Assembly (NCBI GenBank): GCA_031459385.1
Contig: JAVKIP010000003.1
Coordinates: 1 to 64,000, forward strand
Direction: 5' to 3'
DNA: 64,000 bases
Source of the DNA: Candidatus Fervidifonticultor secundus
GTDB lineage: Bacteria; Sysuimicrobiota; Sysuimicrobiia; Sysuimicrobiales; Humicultoraceae
Shown here: positions 25,968 to 36,193 of the stretch, piece after piece
How positions within the stretch are numbered: position 1 is the stretch's first letter
Layout of the letters: each line of letters starts with the position of its first letter
The notes under the pieces: generated by a model
The model's database searches: none
What the model saw: the letters and a program-made list of their open reading frames with translations, nothing else
Told to the model about the DNA's origin: nothing
Program-made: the position numbers and the translations under genes

Positions 25968-27350
25968 GTGATCGCCGATCTGGTCATCCGCGGGGGAACG
26001 CTGGTCACATCGGCAGGCGAGCGCCGCGGCGCCCTAGCCATCGCCGGGGGGCGCATCGCAGCCGTGGACCGCGACGACGCCATGCCCGAGGCGCGCGCGA
26101 CGCTGGACGCTGCGGGCCTGCACGTGCTGCCGGGGATCATCGACACCCACGTCCACCTGCGCGACCCGGGCAGGATCGAGCGGGAAGACTGGCTGTCGGG
26201 CACCCGCGCAGCGGCCGCGGGCGGCATCACGACGATCCTGGAGATGCCCCTGGCGATTCCTCCGGTGCACAGCGCGGCGATCCTGACGGCGCGGGCCGCC
26301 CACGTGCAGCCCCGCTCGATGGTGGACTTCGCCCTCTACGGCGCCGCCAGCGGCGACAACCTCGGCGAGATCGAGGCGATGGCCGACGCCGGGGCGGTGG
26401 CCTTCAAGACGTTTCGCACGCGCGCGCCGGCCGGGCGCGAGCACGAGTTCGCCGGCATCTGCTGCCCGGACGCGGGACAGATGCTGCAGGTGATGGCACG
26501 CACGGCGCGCACCGGGCTGCTGCACGCGGTCCACGCAGAAGAGCAGCAGATCCTCGACGCGGCCGAGGCGCGCGTGCGCGCCGCGGGCCGCCACGACGGC
26601 CGGGCGCACGCCCTGGCGCGGCCCGAGGCCGCGGAGGCCGCATCCGTGGCGCAGTGCATCGCCCTGGCGGAGGCGACGGGCGCGCGGCTGCAGATCGCGC
26701 ACATCAGCGCCGCCGCAGCCCTGGCGTGGGTGGCGCGGGCCAAGGACGCCGGGCTGCCAGTCACCGCCGAGACGTGCCCCCACTACCTGGTGTTCACCGA
26801 GGATGCCCTGGCCCAGTGGGGGCCGTGTGCCAAGTGCAACCCGCCCCTGCGGCCGCTGGAGACGCAGCAGCGGCTGTGGGAAGCGGTCAGAGCCGGGGTC
26901 ATCGACGTGCTGGGTACCGACCACGCGCCCTACCTGCCCGAGGAGAAGGCGCCCTACGTCGACAACATCTGGGGCGCCGCGGCCGGCCTGCCCGGGCTGG
27001 AGGAGTTCGCCCCGCTGCTGCTGACCGCGGTCGCCCGCGGCCACCTGGATCTGCCGCGGCTGGTCCGCCTCACCAGCGAGAACCCGGCGCGGCTGTTCGG
27101 CCTCTGGCCGCGCAAGGGCGCGCTCGCCCCCGGCGCCGATGCCGACGTCGTGCTGGTGGACCTGCGGGCGGAGTGGGTGCACGACCACCGCGCGCTCTTC
27201 ACGAAGGCCCGTGAGGTGGCCGTGCTCTACGACGGGCTGCGCCTGCGCGGCCGGCCGGTGGCGACGGTGGTCCGCGGGCGCGTGGTCATGCGCGACGGGC
27301 AGGTGGTCGGCGAGCCCGGCTGGGGGCAGTGGGTGCGGCCGCACGGGTAG
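25968..27350 (+). CDS. Cyclic amidohydrolase (allantoinase/dihydroorotase family)
   Basis: PGIIDTHVHLRDPG, GGITTILEMP, AETCPHYL, KCNPPLR, GTDHAP; GGAGGAG RBS. Confidence 0.9.
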   Translation: MIADLVIRGGTLVTSAGERRGALAIAGGRIAAVDRDDAMPEARATLDAAGLHVLPGIIDTHVHLRDPGRIEREDWLSGTRAAAAGGITTILEMPLAIPPVHSAAILTARAAHVQPRSMVDFALYGAASGDNLGEIEAMADAGAVAFKTFRTRAPAGREHEFAGICCPDAGQMLQVMARTARTGLLHAVHAEEQQILDAAEARVRAAGRHDGRAHALARPEAAEAASVAQCIALAEATGARLQIAHISAAAALAWVARAKDAGLPVTAETCPHYLVFTEDALAQWGPCAKCNPPLRPLETQQRLWEAVRAGVIDVLGTDHAPYLPEEKAPYVDNIWGAAAGLPGLEEFAPLLLTAVARGHLDLPRLVRLTSENPARLFGLWPRKGALAPGADADVVLVDLRAEWVHDHRALFTKAREVAVLYDGLRLRGRPVATVVRGRVVMRDGQVVGEPGWGQWVRPHG

Positions 27351-27428
27351 CCTGTGCCGCAGCGCCGCGGGCTGTGGCGGCGCTGCGGTCAGCAGGGACC
27401 CGAGCAGCGGGCCGGTAATCCCCCGGCG

Positions 27429-28196
27429 ATGAGCGCGCGCCTCTACGTGGGCACCTCGGGGTTCAGCTACCCCCAATGGCGCGGGACGTTCTACCCTGCC
27501 GACCTGCCCCCCGACCAGATGCTGGCGTTCTACAGCCGGGCCTTCACCACGGTCGAACTCAACACCACCTTCTACCGGTTCCCGCGCCTGGCACAGGTCG
27601 ACGAGTGGCGGCGGGCGACGCCAGAGGGGTTTCGTTTCAGCGTCAAGGCGCACCGGAACATCACCCACCTCAAGCGGCTGCGCGACGTGGACGACCTGGT
27701 GAGCGTGCAGCTGGAGCGGGCGCGGCGGCTAGGCGACCGGCTGGGCCCGCTGCTCGTGCAGCTGCCGCCGTCGCTGCGCCGCGACGTGGGCCTGCTGCGC
27801 ACGTTCCTGGCGCTCTTCCCGCCCATGGCGCTGGCGGTGGAGTTCCGCCACGCGTCCTGGCATGCGGAAGAGGTGTACACGGCGCTCGCCGAGTCCCGCG
27901 CGGCGCTGGTCGTCATGGAGTCGGACGAAGACCCCCCCGTGCTGCGCTTCGTGGGGCCGTTCGTCTACCTGCGCCTGCACCGGTCGGCCTACGGCCCCGA
28001 GGCGATGGCCACGTGGGCGGCGCGCGCACGCGACCTGCTCGCCCAGGGGCGGGACGTCTACGCCTACTTCACCCACGAGGACGGCGCGCCGGCGCCCGCC
28101 TACGCGCAGACACTGGCGCGGCTGGTGGCGGGCACACCGGAACCCGACGGCGGCAGCACGCGTAGAATGGGCAGGACGAGCGGGGCGTGCTGCTAG
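27429..28196 (+). CDS. DUF72 domain protein
   Basis: YVGTSGFSY..W.G.FYP, VELNTTFY, FSVKA...ITH, LVQLPPS, EFRHASW. Confidence 0.93.
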   Translation: MSARLYVGTSGFSYPQWRGTFYPADLPPDQMLAFYSRAFTTVELNTTFYRFPRLAQVDEWRRATPEGFRFSVKAHRNITHLKRLRDVDDLVSVQLERARRLGDRLGPLLVQLPPSLRRDVGLLRTFLALFPPMALAVEFRHASWHAEEVYTALAESRAALVVMESDEDPPVLRFVGPFVYLRLHRSAYGPEAMATWAARARDLLAQGRDVYAYFTHEDGAPAPAYAQTLARLVAGTPEPDGGSTRRMGRTSGACC

Positions 28197-28258
28197 GACC
28201 ACAGCGCCCGGACATGGCAGGGCGTCCCGGCAGGCTGATCTCGGTGAAGGAGGGACTC

Positions 28259-28711
28259 ATGCGCACCACGCGGATCGTGGCGGCCCTGGTGGCCGCGGCG
28301 CTGTTCACCGCCGGCGTGACCGCCGGCGCGTCCGCCCAGGACCTCTTCGGCATCCTCAAGACCCTCGGCGTCGGCTACGCCGTGCGCCAGTTCGCGCCAC
28401 AGATCAACAACTTCATCAACGACCTGCTGCAGAACCGCGGCGTAGCCGTGCGGCAGCAGACGAAGGTCGTGCCCATCTTGAGCATCGCCATCGGCGTGGG
28501 CAACCCGGGCGGCGCGTACGTCGGTGCCGCACAGGTCTCGGGGCCGGCCTCGGCGGTCAACCGGGTCCAGGCCGTGGCCCTGCTCGAGGCCGACTTTCAG
28601 ACGGCGTTCCGCATCAAGGCCTACGTGCCCGTCGACAACCTGAAACCCTGGGAAGCGTTCCGGCGCGTGCCGGGCGTGGGCGTGTCGGCTATCGTGGACA
28701 TCCGCATCTAG
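28259..28711 (+). CDS. Secreted hypothetical protein
   Basis: AAGGAGG RBS, signal peptide ending ASA, TKVVPILSI motif, strong codon bias. Confidence 0.75.
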   Translation: MRTTRIVAALVAAALFTAGVTAGASAQDLFGILKTLGVGYAVRQFAPQINNFINDLLQNRGVAVRQQTKVVPILSIAIGVGNPGGAYVGAAQVSGPASAVNRVQAVALLEADFQTAFRIKAYVPVDNLKPWEAFRRVPGVGVSAIVDIRI

Positions 28712-28721
28712 CGGGTCGCCG

Positions 28722-29585
28722 TCACTCGTGGAGGAACGACGGAGGCGGCGTCGGTCCCCAGCGGTTCACCGTGTGCAGGCGCTGCGCGGGATCCCACCGA
28801 CCCGGCCGGTACGCTGCCTCGTCGTCGATCCGCTGCAGCTCGCAGAAGATCTCCCAGCGCACGCCCCAGGGGTCGCGGAGGTAGACGAAGATGTTGCCGC
28901 CGGGACCATGCCGGCCGGGGCCGAACTCGATACGGGTGCCCGTCTCGATGCAGTGATCGCCCAGGCGGCGGATCGCATCCCACGAGGCGGCTTCGAACGC
29001 GATGTGGTGGGTGCCGGCGGCCCCGGCGCGGACGAAGGCGATCGTGTGGTGGTCGCGGTTGCACCGCAACCAGACGAACTCCTCCCCCATCTGGTCGGAC
29101 ACCCGGAAGCCGAGCATGTCCTGCCACCACCGCGCCACCCGCGCAGGGTCAGGGCTGCGCCGGGTCACGTGCCCCAGGCGTAGCAGCTCAAAGGGCGCCG
29201 CACCCGCGGGCCGCGGGACCGCCGGGGCCGGCGGCCCCAGCTCGACCCCCAGGCCGTCGGGATCGCGCACCCACAGCCCGGGCCCACCCGCGCCGCCCGC
29301 GGGGTGCGGTCCCTCGACGGCGTGGCCCTGCGCGTGCAGCGTCCCGACGGCCGTTGCCAGCGCCGCAGTGTCGAGCGCCAGCGCGACCGCCTCGAGGGCG
29401 GGCGTGCTGCCGGGGACCAGCAGCAGTTCGCCGTCGGGCACCGCCACCGCGGCGGCCGGGCGGCAGCTCAGGCGCACCGCGCCGCCGGCGCCGCGGCCCG
29501 TGAGCCCCAGGCCGAGCACGCGCTGGTAGAACGCCGCCGCGGCCTCGGGATCGGGCACCCGCAGCACCACCCGCGCCAGGTGCAT
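28722..29585 (-). CDS. VOC family protein (extradiol dioxygenase-like)
   Basis: Two VOC domains; LGHV, RCNRDHH, HHIAF, GPGRHGPG.N.F.Y..DP.G...E. Confidence 0.88.
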   Translation of the reverse strand: MHLARVVLRVPDPEAAAAFYQRVLGLGLTGRGAGGAVRLSCRPAAAVAVPDGELLLVPGSTPALEAVALALDTAALATAVGTLHAQGHAVEGPHPAGGAGGPGLWVRDPDGLGVELGPPAPAVPRPAGAAPFELLRLGHVTRRSPDPARVARWWQDMLGFRVSDQMGEEFVWLRCNRDHHTIAFVRAGAAGTHHIAFEAASWDAIRRLGDHCIETGTRIEFGPGRHGPGGNIFVYLRDPWGVRWEIFCELQRIDDEAAYRPGRWDPAQRLHTVNRWGPTPPPSFLHE

Positions 29586-30335
29586 TCAGCCGTCTCGCCG
29601 CCGCGTCGCGCGCAGCGCGCCCGCCAGCAGCGCGCGCGTCGTCTGCAGGTGCTGGCGCAACTCGTCCTGCGCCCGGGTGACGTCACCGGCGCGGGCGGCG
29701 GCGACCAGCCGGCGGTGCTCGGCGTTGGCCTCGCGGTTGCGGCGCACGCTGCGGCCGCCGGCCCAGAAGTGGCGCGCCACCTGCCGGCGCAGCTGGCCGA
29801 TGAGCCGGCAGACGAACTCCTTGCCCGACGGGCGGTACAGGGCGTCGTGGAACTGGTCGTTCAGACGCATCCAGCGGCGGTGGTCACTCTCCCGGTCCAT
29901 GGCAGCGACCAGTGCCTCCAGCGCCGAGAGCTCGGCGGGGGTCATCCGGGGCACAGCGGCCGCCAGCGCCATCGTCTCCAGAGCGATCCGCACGTCGAAG
30001 ATCTCGTCGAGCAGCGTCGGCGTCAGGGCGGCCACCACCGTGCGGCGGTGCGGAGGAGAGACCACCAGCCCCTCGGCCTCCAGCCGCCGGAGCGCTTCGC
30101 GCACGGGCACGCGGCTCACGCCGAACTGCCGCGCGAGTTCCACCTGGTTGAGCACCTCGCCGGCCTGGAGCATGCCCGTGACGATGGCGTCGCGGAGGAC
30201 GTCGGCCACGATCTCCGTGGTGCTGCGCCGGCCGTCCATGGCGCGCCCGGCCAGGGTGCGGAGGTCGGCCAGGGCCGACGAGCCCTCCGTCCGACGGCGG
30301 GGCGCGGGAGCGCGCGAGCGACGAGGCATCTGCAT
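29586..30335 (-). CDS. GntR-family regulator (FCD domain)
   Basis: ELARQFGVSRVPVREALRRLEAEGLV; NDQFH, EHRRL. Confidence 0.93.
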   Translation of the reverse strand: MQMPRRSRAPAPRRRTEGSSALADLRTLAGRAMDGRRSTTEIVADVLRDAIVTGMLQAGEVLNQVELARQFGVSRVPVREALRRLEAEGLVVSPPHRRTVVAALTPTLLDEIFDVRIALETMALAAAVPRMTPAELSALEALVAAMDRESDHRRWMRLNDQFHDALYRPSGKEFVCRLIGQLRRQVARHFWAGGRSVRRNREANAEHRRLVAAARAGDVTRAQDELRQHLQTTRALLAGALRATRRRDG

Positions 30336-30391
30336 ACAGTTAGACAAGAGGCCGCGCCAGCGTCAAGGGGATGGGCCGGCGTCGCGCCCGC

Positions 30392-31510
30392 TCAGTCCAG
30401 CTTCTTCTGGAAGCGCGCCACGCTCACCGCGAAGAAGAGCGCGCCCAGGGCGAACATGGGCAGAATCTGGTCCCACAGGTGCGCCAGGCCCACGCCCTTG
30501 AGGATCACGCCACGGACGATCACCAGGAAGTAGGTGATGGGCAGCCCGTAGGAGAGCCACTGCAGGAACTCGGGCATCCCTTCCCGCGGGAACATGAACC
30601 CCGAGATGATGATGGTGGGCAGCAGGATGAAAAACGACGCCTGCATGGCCTGGCGCTGCGTGCGCGAGACCGTGGAGACGAAGATCCCCAGGCCGAGGCT
30701 GGAGAAGTAGAAGCACAGCGTCACCAGGTAGAGGAGGGCCAGACTGCCGCGGATCGGCACCTGGAACCAGTAGGCGGCGAGCAGCAGGGCCAGCGTGAGG
30801 TCGGCGTAGCCCACGACGACGTAGGGCAGGATCTTCCCCAACATCAGCTCCCCGCGCCGGATCGGCGTCACCACCAGCTGCTCGATGGTACCCAGCTCGC
30901 GCTCGCGCACGATGGCGATGGCGGTGAGGCTCAGGGTGATGTTCTGCAGCACCACCGCCAGCAGGCCGGGCACCATGAAGTTGGCGCTGCGCAGGTCGGG
31001 GTTGTACCAGGCGCGGGTCCGCACCTCCACGGGGGCCCGGAGGCCGGATCCGCCCAGCTGCCGGCTGACGATCTCCAGCGACGCCGCCCGTCCAAGCGCC
31101 TCGGCGGTGCCGAGCGCGCTGCTGGCGACCAGCGGGTCGGAGGCGTCGACGATGACCTGGACGCGGGCGCCCAGACCGCGCTGCGCGCGCGTGGCGAAGT
31201 CGGGCGGCACGACGATGACGACACGGGCCCGCCCCCGCTGGACGAGCTCCTCCGCATCGGCGAGCCGGTCGAGGTGGTAGCGGGGCGTGTAGTAGCGCGT
31301 GTTGGCGAAGCGCTGCAGCAGCGCCCGGCTCTCGGGCGTGCGCGAGTGGTCGACGACGGCGGTCGGCAGGTTCTGCACGTCGGTGGAGATGGCATACCCG
31401 AACAGGAGCAGCTGGATCACGGGGAGCAGCAGGGCCATGCCCAGCGTGCGCGGATCGCGCACGAGCTGGATGAACTCCTTCATGACGATGGCACCCAGCC
31501 GTCGGATCAC
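30392..31510 (-). CDS. ABC-2 type exporter permease (YbhR/S-like)
   Basis: KEFIQLVRDPRT, WYNP, RERELGTIEQL.VTP. Confidence 0.92.
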   Translation of the reverse strand: MIRRLGAIVMKEFIQLVRDPRTLGMALLLPVIQLLLFGYAISTDVQNLPTAVVDHSRTPESRALLQRFANTRYYTPRYHLDRLADAEELVQRGRARVVIVVPPDFATRAQRGLGARVQVIVDASDPLVASSALGTAEALGRAASLEIVSRQLGGSGLRAPVEVRTRAWYNPDLRSANFMVPGLLAVVLQNITLSLTAIAIVRERELGTIEQLVVTPIRRGELMLGKILPYVVVGYADLTLALLLAAYWFQVPIRGSLALLYLVTLCFYFSSLGLGIFVSTVSRTQRQAMQASFFILLPTIIISGFMFPREGMPEFLQWLSYGLPITYFLVIVRGVILKGVGLAHLWDQILPMFALGALFFAVSVARFQKKLD

Positions 31511-32475
31511 GGCCCCGCCTCCGCTGCCCCTGCCACCGGGGGCGCATCCTGTCCGCCTGCGACCAGGGCCACGAAGACGTCCTCCAGCGTGGGCGCCTGT
31601 GGCACGATGGCGCGGACCCGCACGCCGGCGGCCGCGAGGGCATCGGCCAGGGCGGGCGCCGCCCGGGCGGGCTCGGCGACCCGCGCGTGGATGGCGGTGC
31701 CGTAGAGCGCCGCCTCCGCGACCAGCGGGGACGCGCGCACGACCTCCAGGGCGGGCATCCACGGCTCGGCCTCGACGCGCAGCAGCGCGCCCGGCAGGTG
31801 ACGTCGCTTCATCTCGCCCGGGGCGCCCTCGGCCACGATGCGGCCGCCATAGATGAAGGCCACCCGGTCGCAGTGCTCGGCCTCGTCCATGTAGTGGGTG
31901 GTGACCATGACCGTCGTGCCGTCCTCCGCGAACCGGTAGATCAGGTCCCAGAACTGCCGCCGCGACAGCGGGTCCACGCCTGCGGTCGGCTCGTCCAGCA
32001 GCAGCAGGTCGGGTCGGTGGAGGATGGCGCAGCCCATCGCCAGGCGCTGCCGCCAGCCGCCGGAGAGCGTGGAGACCAAGTCCCGCTCGCGGCCGCGCAG
32101 CCCCGCCATCGCGATCCAGTCGTGCACCTTGCGGCGGCGCGTGGCGGGGTCCAGCCCGTACACGCGCGCGTAGAACTCCAGCTGCTCGACGACGGTCAGG
32201 TCGCCGTAGAGGCTGGCGCGCTGGCTCATGTAGCCGATGCGGGGGCGGAGGCGCTCGGGCTCACGCGCGGGGTCGAGCCCCAGCACCCGGACCTCTCCCT
32301 CCGAGCGGTCCAGAATGCCGCACAGCATGCGGATCGTCGTGGACTTGCCCGCGCCGTTCGGGCCCAGGAACCCGAAGACCTCGCCCCGCCGGATCTCCAG
32401 GTCGATGTGGTCCACGGCCACGAAGGCACCGAAGCGCCGCGTCAGCCCCCTGGCCGCGACGGCTGGCTCGCTCAC
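31507..32475 (-). CDS. ABC exporter ATP-binding protein
   Basis: GPNGAGKST, LSGGWRQR, LLLDEPT, TTHYMDEAE. Confidence 0.93.
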   Translation of the reverse strand: MSEPAVAARGLTRRFGAFVAVDHIDLEIRRGEVFGFLGPNGAGKSTTIRMLCGILDRSEGEVRVLGLDPAREPERLRPRIGYMSQRASLYGDLTVVEQLEFYARVYGLDPATRRRKVHDWIAMAGLRGRERDLVSTLSGGWRQRLAMGCAILHRPDLLLLDEPTAGVDPLSRRQFWDLIYRFAEDGTTVMVTTHYMDEAEHCDRVAFIYGGRIVAEGAPGEMKRRHLPGALLRVEAEPWMPALEVVRASPLVAEAALYGTAIHARVAEPARAAPALADALAAAGVRVRAIVPQAPTLEDVFVALVAGGQDAPPVAGAAEAGP

Positions 32476-33464
32476 GGGCGACCTCCTGCCTGCGCGGGCG
32501 CGCCAGCCAGCAGCGCGATGAAGACGTCCTCCAGCGACGGCGTCGCGCGTTCCACCGCCGCAACGGTGACGCCCTGCGCCTCCAGCGCCGCCCGCACCCG
32601 CGGCGCGGCGGTGGAGGCGTCGGGCACGGCGAGGTGCAGCGCGTCGCCGAAGATGCTGCCCGTGCGCACCTCGGGCAGCGCGCGGGCTGCGGCCAGCGCC
32701 CGGCGCCGCGGCTCGGCCCGGACCTCCAGGATCTCGCAGGGGACCTGGGCCTTCATGGCGGCCGGCGTGTCGACCCCCAGCAGCCGGCCGCCGTACATGA
32801 AGCCGATGCGCGTGCACCGATCGGCTTCATCCATGTACGGCGTCGCCACCAGCACGGTCGTGCCCCGCCGGTTCAGGTCGTAGAGCAGCCCCCAGAACTC
32901 GCGGCGCGACACCGGGTCCACGCCGGTGGTCGGCTCGTCGAGCAGCAAGAGTTCGGGTTCGTGCAGCAGCGCGCAGGCCAGCGCCAGTTTCTGCCGCATG
33001 CCGCCCGACAGGTGCTCGGCCAGCGTGCGGGCGAACGGTTCCAGGCGCGCGAAGGCCAGCAGGCGCTGGAAGCGGTCAGCCATGGCGCGGGGCGGCACCT
33101 GGTAGGCCTCGGCGAAGAAGCGCAGGTTCTCGATGACGCTGAGGTCGCGGTAGAGCGCGAACGTCTGGGGCATGTACCCCAGGCGCTGCCGCACCGCTTC
33201 AGGCTCCGCGGCCAGGTCCACGCCGTCGATCCGGACCCGCCCCGCGGTCGGATCGAGCACGCCGGCCAGCATGCGGACCAGCGTGGTCTTGCCGGCGCCG
33301 TCAGGTCCGACCAGACCGAACACCTCCCCCTGCGTCACCTGCAGATCCAGGCCCTCGACGGCCGTGGTCGTGCCGAAGACGCGGGTGAGCCCGGCGGCCT
33401 CGATGGCCGGCGGCCCGCTGGACGGCGCACGGGGTCGGCCGGGGACCAGGGGCGCAGAGGTCAC
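32472..33464 (-). CDS. ABC exporter ATP-binding protein
   Basis: GPDGAGKTT, LSGGMRQK, LLLDEPT. Confidence 0.93.
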   Translation of the reverse strand: MTSAPLVPGRPRAPSSGPPAIEAAGLTRVFGTTTAVEGLDLQVTQGEVFGLVGPDGAGKTTLVRMLAGVLDPTAGRVRIDGVDLAAEPEAVRQRLGYMPQTFALYRDLSVIENLRFFAEAYQVPPRAMADRFQRLLAFARLEPFARTLAEHLSGGMRQKLALACALLHEPELLLLDEPTTGVDPVSRREFWGLLYDLNRRGTTVLVATPYMDEADRCTRIGFMYGGRLLGVDTPAAMKAQVPCEILEVRAEPRRRALAAARALPEVRTGSIFGDALHLAVPDASTAAPRVRAALEAQGVTVAAVERATPSLEDVFIALLAGAPAQAGGRP

Positions 33465-33491
33465 GAGGTGCGCCGCGGGCGCCGCCGCGCC

Positions 33492-34811
33492 CTACGGCAG
33501 CGGAGCCAGGGCGATCCGGGCATCGGCAGGCATCCCCGGCTTCAGCAGCCCCGCGGGGTTCTCCAGCGTGATGCGCACGCCGAAGACGAGCTTCACGCGT
33601 TCCTCTCGGGTCTGCACGTTGCGGGGCGTGAACTCTGCCTGGTCGGCGATCTCGGACACGGTTCCGGCGAACGGCCGCCCGGGGAACGCGTCCACGAAGA
33701 CCTGAGCTGGAGCCCCGGGCCGCAGGCGGCCCAGCTGCGCCTCGGGCACGAAGACGCGCAGCCAGACGCGGCGCAGGTCGGCCACCGACAGCAGCGATGT
33801 CCCCGCGGCCACGACCTCGCCCGGCTCCACGGCCCGCGCCAGCACCACGCCGTCGATGGGCGAGCGGAGCACGGCGTTGGCGCGCAGCGCCCGGGTATAG
33901 CGCAGAGCGGCCTCCGCGCTGGTGACGGCCGCCTGCGCGGCCGCCACTTCCTGCTGGCGCTGCGCGACCAGATCCCGGCCGCTGCGGGCCCCGGCGGCCG
34001 CGGCCGCGGCCTGCGCCTGCCGCGCCTGGGCGATCGCGACATCCTGGCGGCGGATCGCGATCTGCCGGCGGATCGCCTCGGCCAGTGCCAGGGCCGCCCG
34101 CGCCTGTTCGACCTGCTGCGCTGCGACAGCCTCCTGCGCGGCGGCGGCCTGCTCCTGGGCCGCGAGCGCCTCGACCGTCGCGCGGGCCGCGTCTGTGGCC
34201 TGCGCCGCGACCGCGCCCTCGCGGAAGAGCGCCTGCGCGCGGGCGAGGTCTCCCCGGCCCTTCTCCAGATTCGCGCGCACGGCCTCCCGGGTGGCGCGCG
34301 CCGCCGCCTGCGCCGCCTCGGCGGCGGCTACCGCGGCCCGCGCCTGGGCCACCTGCTGCCGGGCCTGATCCTCCTGCAGGCGCAGCGCCTCGCTGGCCTG
34401 CGGCACCTGCGCCGCCGCCGCCTGCGCGGCTGCTTCCGCCTGGGCCAGCGCTGCGGCGGCCTGCGTACGCTGGGCGCGCAGCGCCGCCTGCGCCTGCGCG
34501 AGCCGCGTGCGAGCCGCGGCGACGCCTGCGTCGGCCTGGGCGACCTGCGCGTCGAGTTCGGCGGCGTCGAAGCGCACCAGCACCTGGCCGGCACGCACGC
34601 GGTCGCCGGCATCCACCAGGACCTCGGACACGCGGCCAGCGATCTTGCCCGCGATCTGGACCTGCGTGGCCTCGATCGTCCCCGACCCCTCCACGTACGG
34701 CGCATGGGCCGCGCGCCGGTCCTCCAGCGCCCGGCTGCCGGTGTAGACGGCCGCCGCGGCCAGGAGCGCCACGGACACGATCGGCATGCGACGGTGTCCT
34801 GCGCGGATCAT
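33492..34811 (-). CDS. HlyD-family membrane fusion protein
   Basis: SGTIEA, long Ala/Gln coiled coil, AEFTPRNVQTREER, LKPGMPAD. Confidence 0.92.
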   Translation of the reverse strand: MIRAGHRRMPIVSVALLAAAAVYTGSRALEDRRAAHAPYVEGSGTIEATQVQIAGKIAGRVSEVLVDAGDRVRAGQVLVRFDAAELDAQVAQADAGVAAARTRLAQAQAALRAQRTQAAAALAQAEAAAQAAAAQVPQASEALRLQEDQARQQVAQARAAVAAAEAAQAAARATREAVRANLEKGRGDLARAQALFREGAVAAQATDAARATVEALAAQEQAAAAQEAVAAQQVEQARAALALAEAIRRQIAIRRQDVAIAQARQAQAAAAAAGARSGRDLVAQRQQEVAAAQAAVTSAEAALRYTRALRANAVLRSPIDGVVLARAVEPGEVVAAGTSLLSVADLRRVWLRVFVPEAQLGRLRPGAPAQVFVDAFPGRPFAGTVSEIADQAEFTPRNVQTREERVKLVFGVRITLENPAGLLKPGMPADARIALAPLP

Positions 34812-34819
34812 GCCCGTCT

Positions 34820-36193
34820 CTACTCCACCGGGCCGCCGACGGCGCGCTCCAGCTGCGCCCGTGCCATGTTGACGTTGAACAGCGCCTGGATGCGGCTCGC
34901 CTCGGCCTGTGAGAGCGCCGCCTGGGCCGTGATGACCTCGAGGTTGGTCGACACACCGGCGGCGAACCGGACATTGGCGATGCGCAGCCCCTCCTGCCCC
35001 TGCTGCACGCCGACGTCGGCCGCCGCCAGTTCCTCCATGGCCGCCGCCAGGGTCAACAGCGCGCGGCGCACGTCGAGCTCGATGCCCTGCCGCAGCTGCA
35101 CTTCGGCGGCCTGCAGTTGCGCCACGCGCGCCTCGGCTTCGCGGATGCGCTGCGCGGTCAAGCCGCCGTCGAACAGGGGCACCGTCGCGGCCAGCGTCAG
35201 GCTCCATCCGAGCACCGCTGCCGACGACCCGAGCCCTGCGCTGGTGGCGTTCCCCCACGTGGGCCCGCCGGAGAGGACCAGCGCCGGGCGTGCGCCAGCG
35301 CGGGCCACTTCGATGGCGGCGGTGGCCGCCGCGATGCGCGCGCGGTGTTCGGCCAGCTCGGGACGCGCGTCCAGGGCGCGGCGCAGCAGGACGGCGAGGT
35401 CGGTGCGCACGGCGGCGAAGGTCATGCGCTCCCCGGGCTGCAGCGGCGCGTCCATGGGCTGGCCCACGAGGGCCGCCAGCGCGTGCTGCGCCAGGGCCAG
35501 CGCGTTGCGCGCGCGGATGAGGCCCTGGCGCGCGCTGGCGACGTTCACCTCGGCCTGGACCTCGTCGAAGCGCGGCGAGGTGCCGGCCGCCACACGCGCG
35601 CGGGCCACGCGCAGGTTCTCCTCGGCGGCGGCCAGCGTCCGCTGCGCGCCCTCGACCCCCGCCTGGGCCAGGAGGACCTGGTAGTAGGCCTGCCTGGCGT
35701 CCAGGATCAGCTGCTGCTTGGCGCGCTCGAGGGCCGCCTCGGCGCCCTGGAGGTTGGCGCGCGCCAGGGCCACCTGCGCCTCGATGCGGCCACCGGTGTG
35801 CAGCGGGTACTGGAACGTGAGCGCGGTCGTGTAGAGGTCGGGGGTGGGCGGCGGCAGCGGAATGGTGATCGGCGTGGACACGCCGGGCACGGTGCCGCCC
35901 GGGATCACGATGGCGCCGCCCTCCCGGTCGTTGATGCGGGTGTACGACCCGGTCAGCACCAGCGTGCCGCTCCGAAGGGCTTCGGCCTGGGCCAGCTGCG
36001 TGCGGGCCACCGTGACCTCGAACGCTGCCGCGCGCAGGGCCGGGCTGTGCTGCGCGGCCAGCGTCAAGACCTCGGCCAGCGTGATCGGCCGGGCGACCTG
36101 CGCCCGCACTCCCGGCGACGGGATCAGCACCGCGGCCAGCAGCACTGCGACACCCGCGGGCCCGATCCCCCGCGCGGCGCGACGTGGCATCAT
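34820..36193 (-). CDS. TolC-family outer membrane efflux protein
   Basis: Signal peptide, PLHTGG and PLFDGG repeats, RFAAGVST..EV..AQ. Confidence 0.9.
   Translation of the reverse strand: MMPRRAARGIGPAGVAVLLAAVLIPSPGVRAQVARPITLAEVLTLAAQHSPALRAAAFEVTVARTQLAQAEALRSGTLVLTGSYTRINDREGGAIVIPGGTVPGVSTPITIPLPPPTPDLYTTALTFQYPLHTGGRIEAQVALARANLQGAEAALERAKQQLILDARQAYYQVLLAQAGVEGAQRTLAAAEENLRVARARVAAGTSPRFDEVQAEVNVASARQGLIRARNALALAQHALAALVGQPMDAPLQPGERMTFAAVRTDLAVLLRRALDARPELAEHRARIAAATAAIEVARAGARPALVLSGGPTWGNATSAGLGSSAAVLGWSLTLAATVPLFDGGLTAQRIREAEARVAQLQAAEVQLRQGIELDVRRALLTLAAAMEELAAADVGVQQGQEGLRIANVRFAAGVSTNLEVITAQAALSQAEASRIQALFNVNMARAQLERAVGGPVE

Noticed and set aside
29583..29588. Second in-frame TGA-ATG junction (gntR to VOC gene) as a possible Sec read-through
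   Set aside because: Both sides are complete, unrelated domains and there is no Cys-equivalent context. It does show such junctions occur by ordinary coupling, which is a caveat for the cooC case.
33900..34560. Repetitive GCC/GCG-rich tract
   Set aside because: Encodes the Ala/Gln coiled coil of HlyD; not a DNA repeat array
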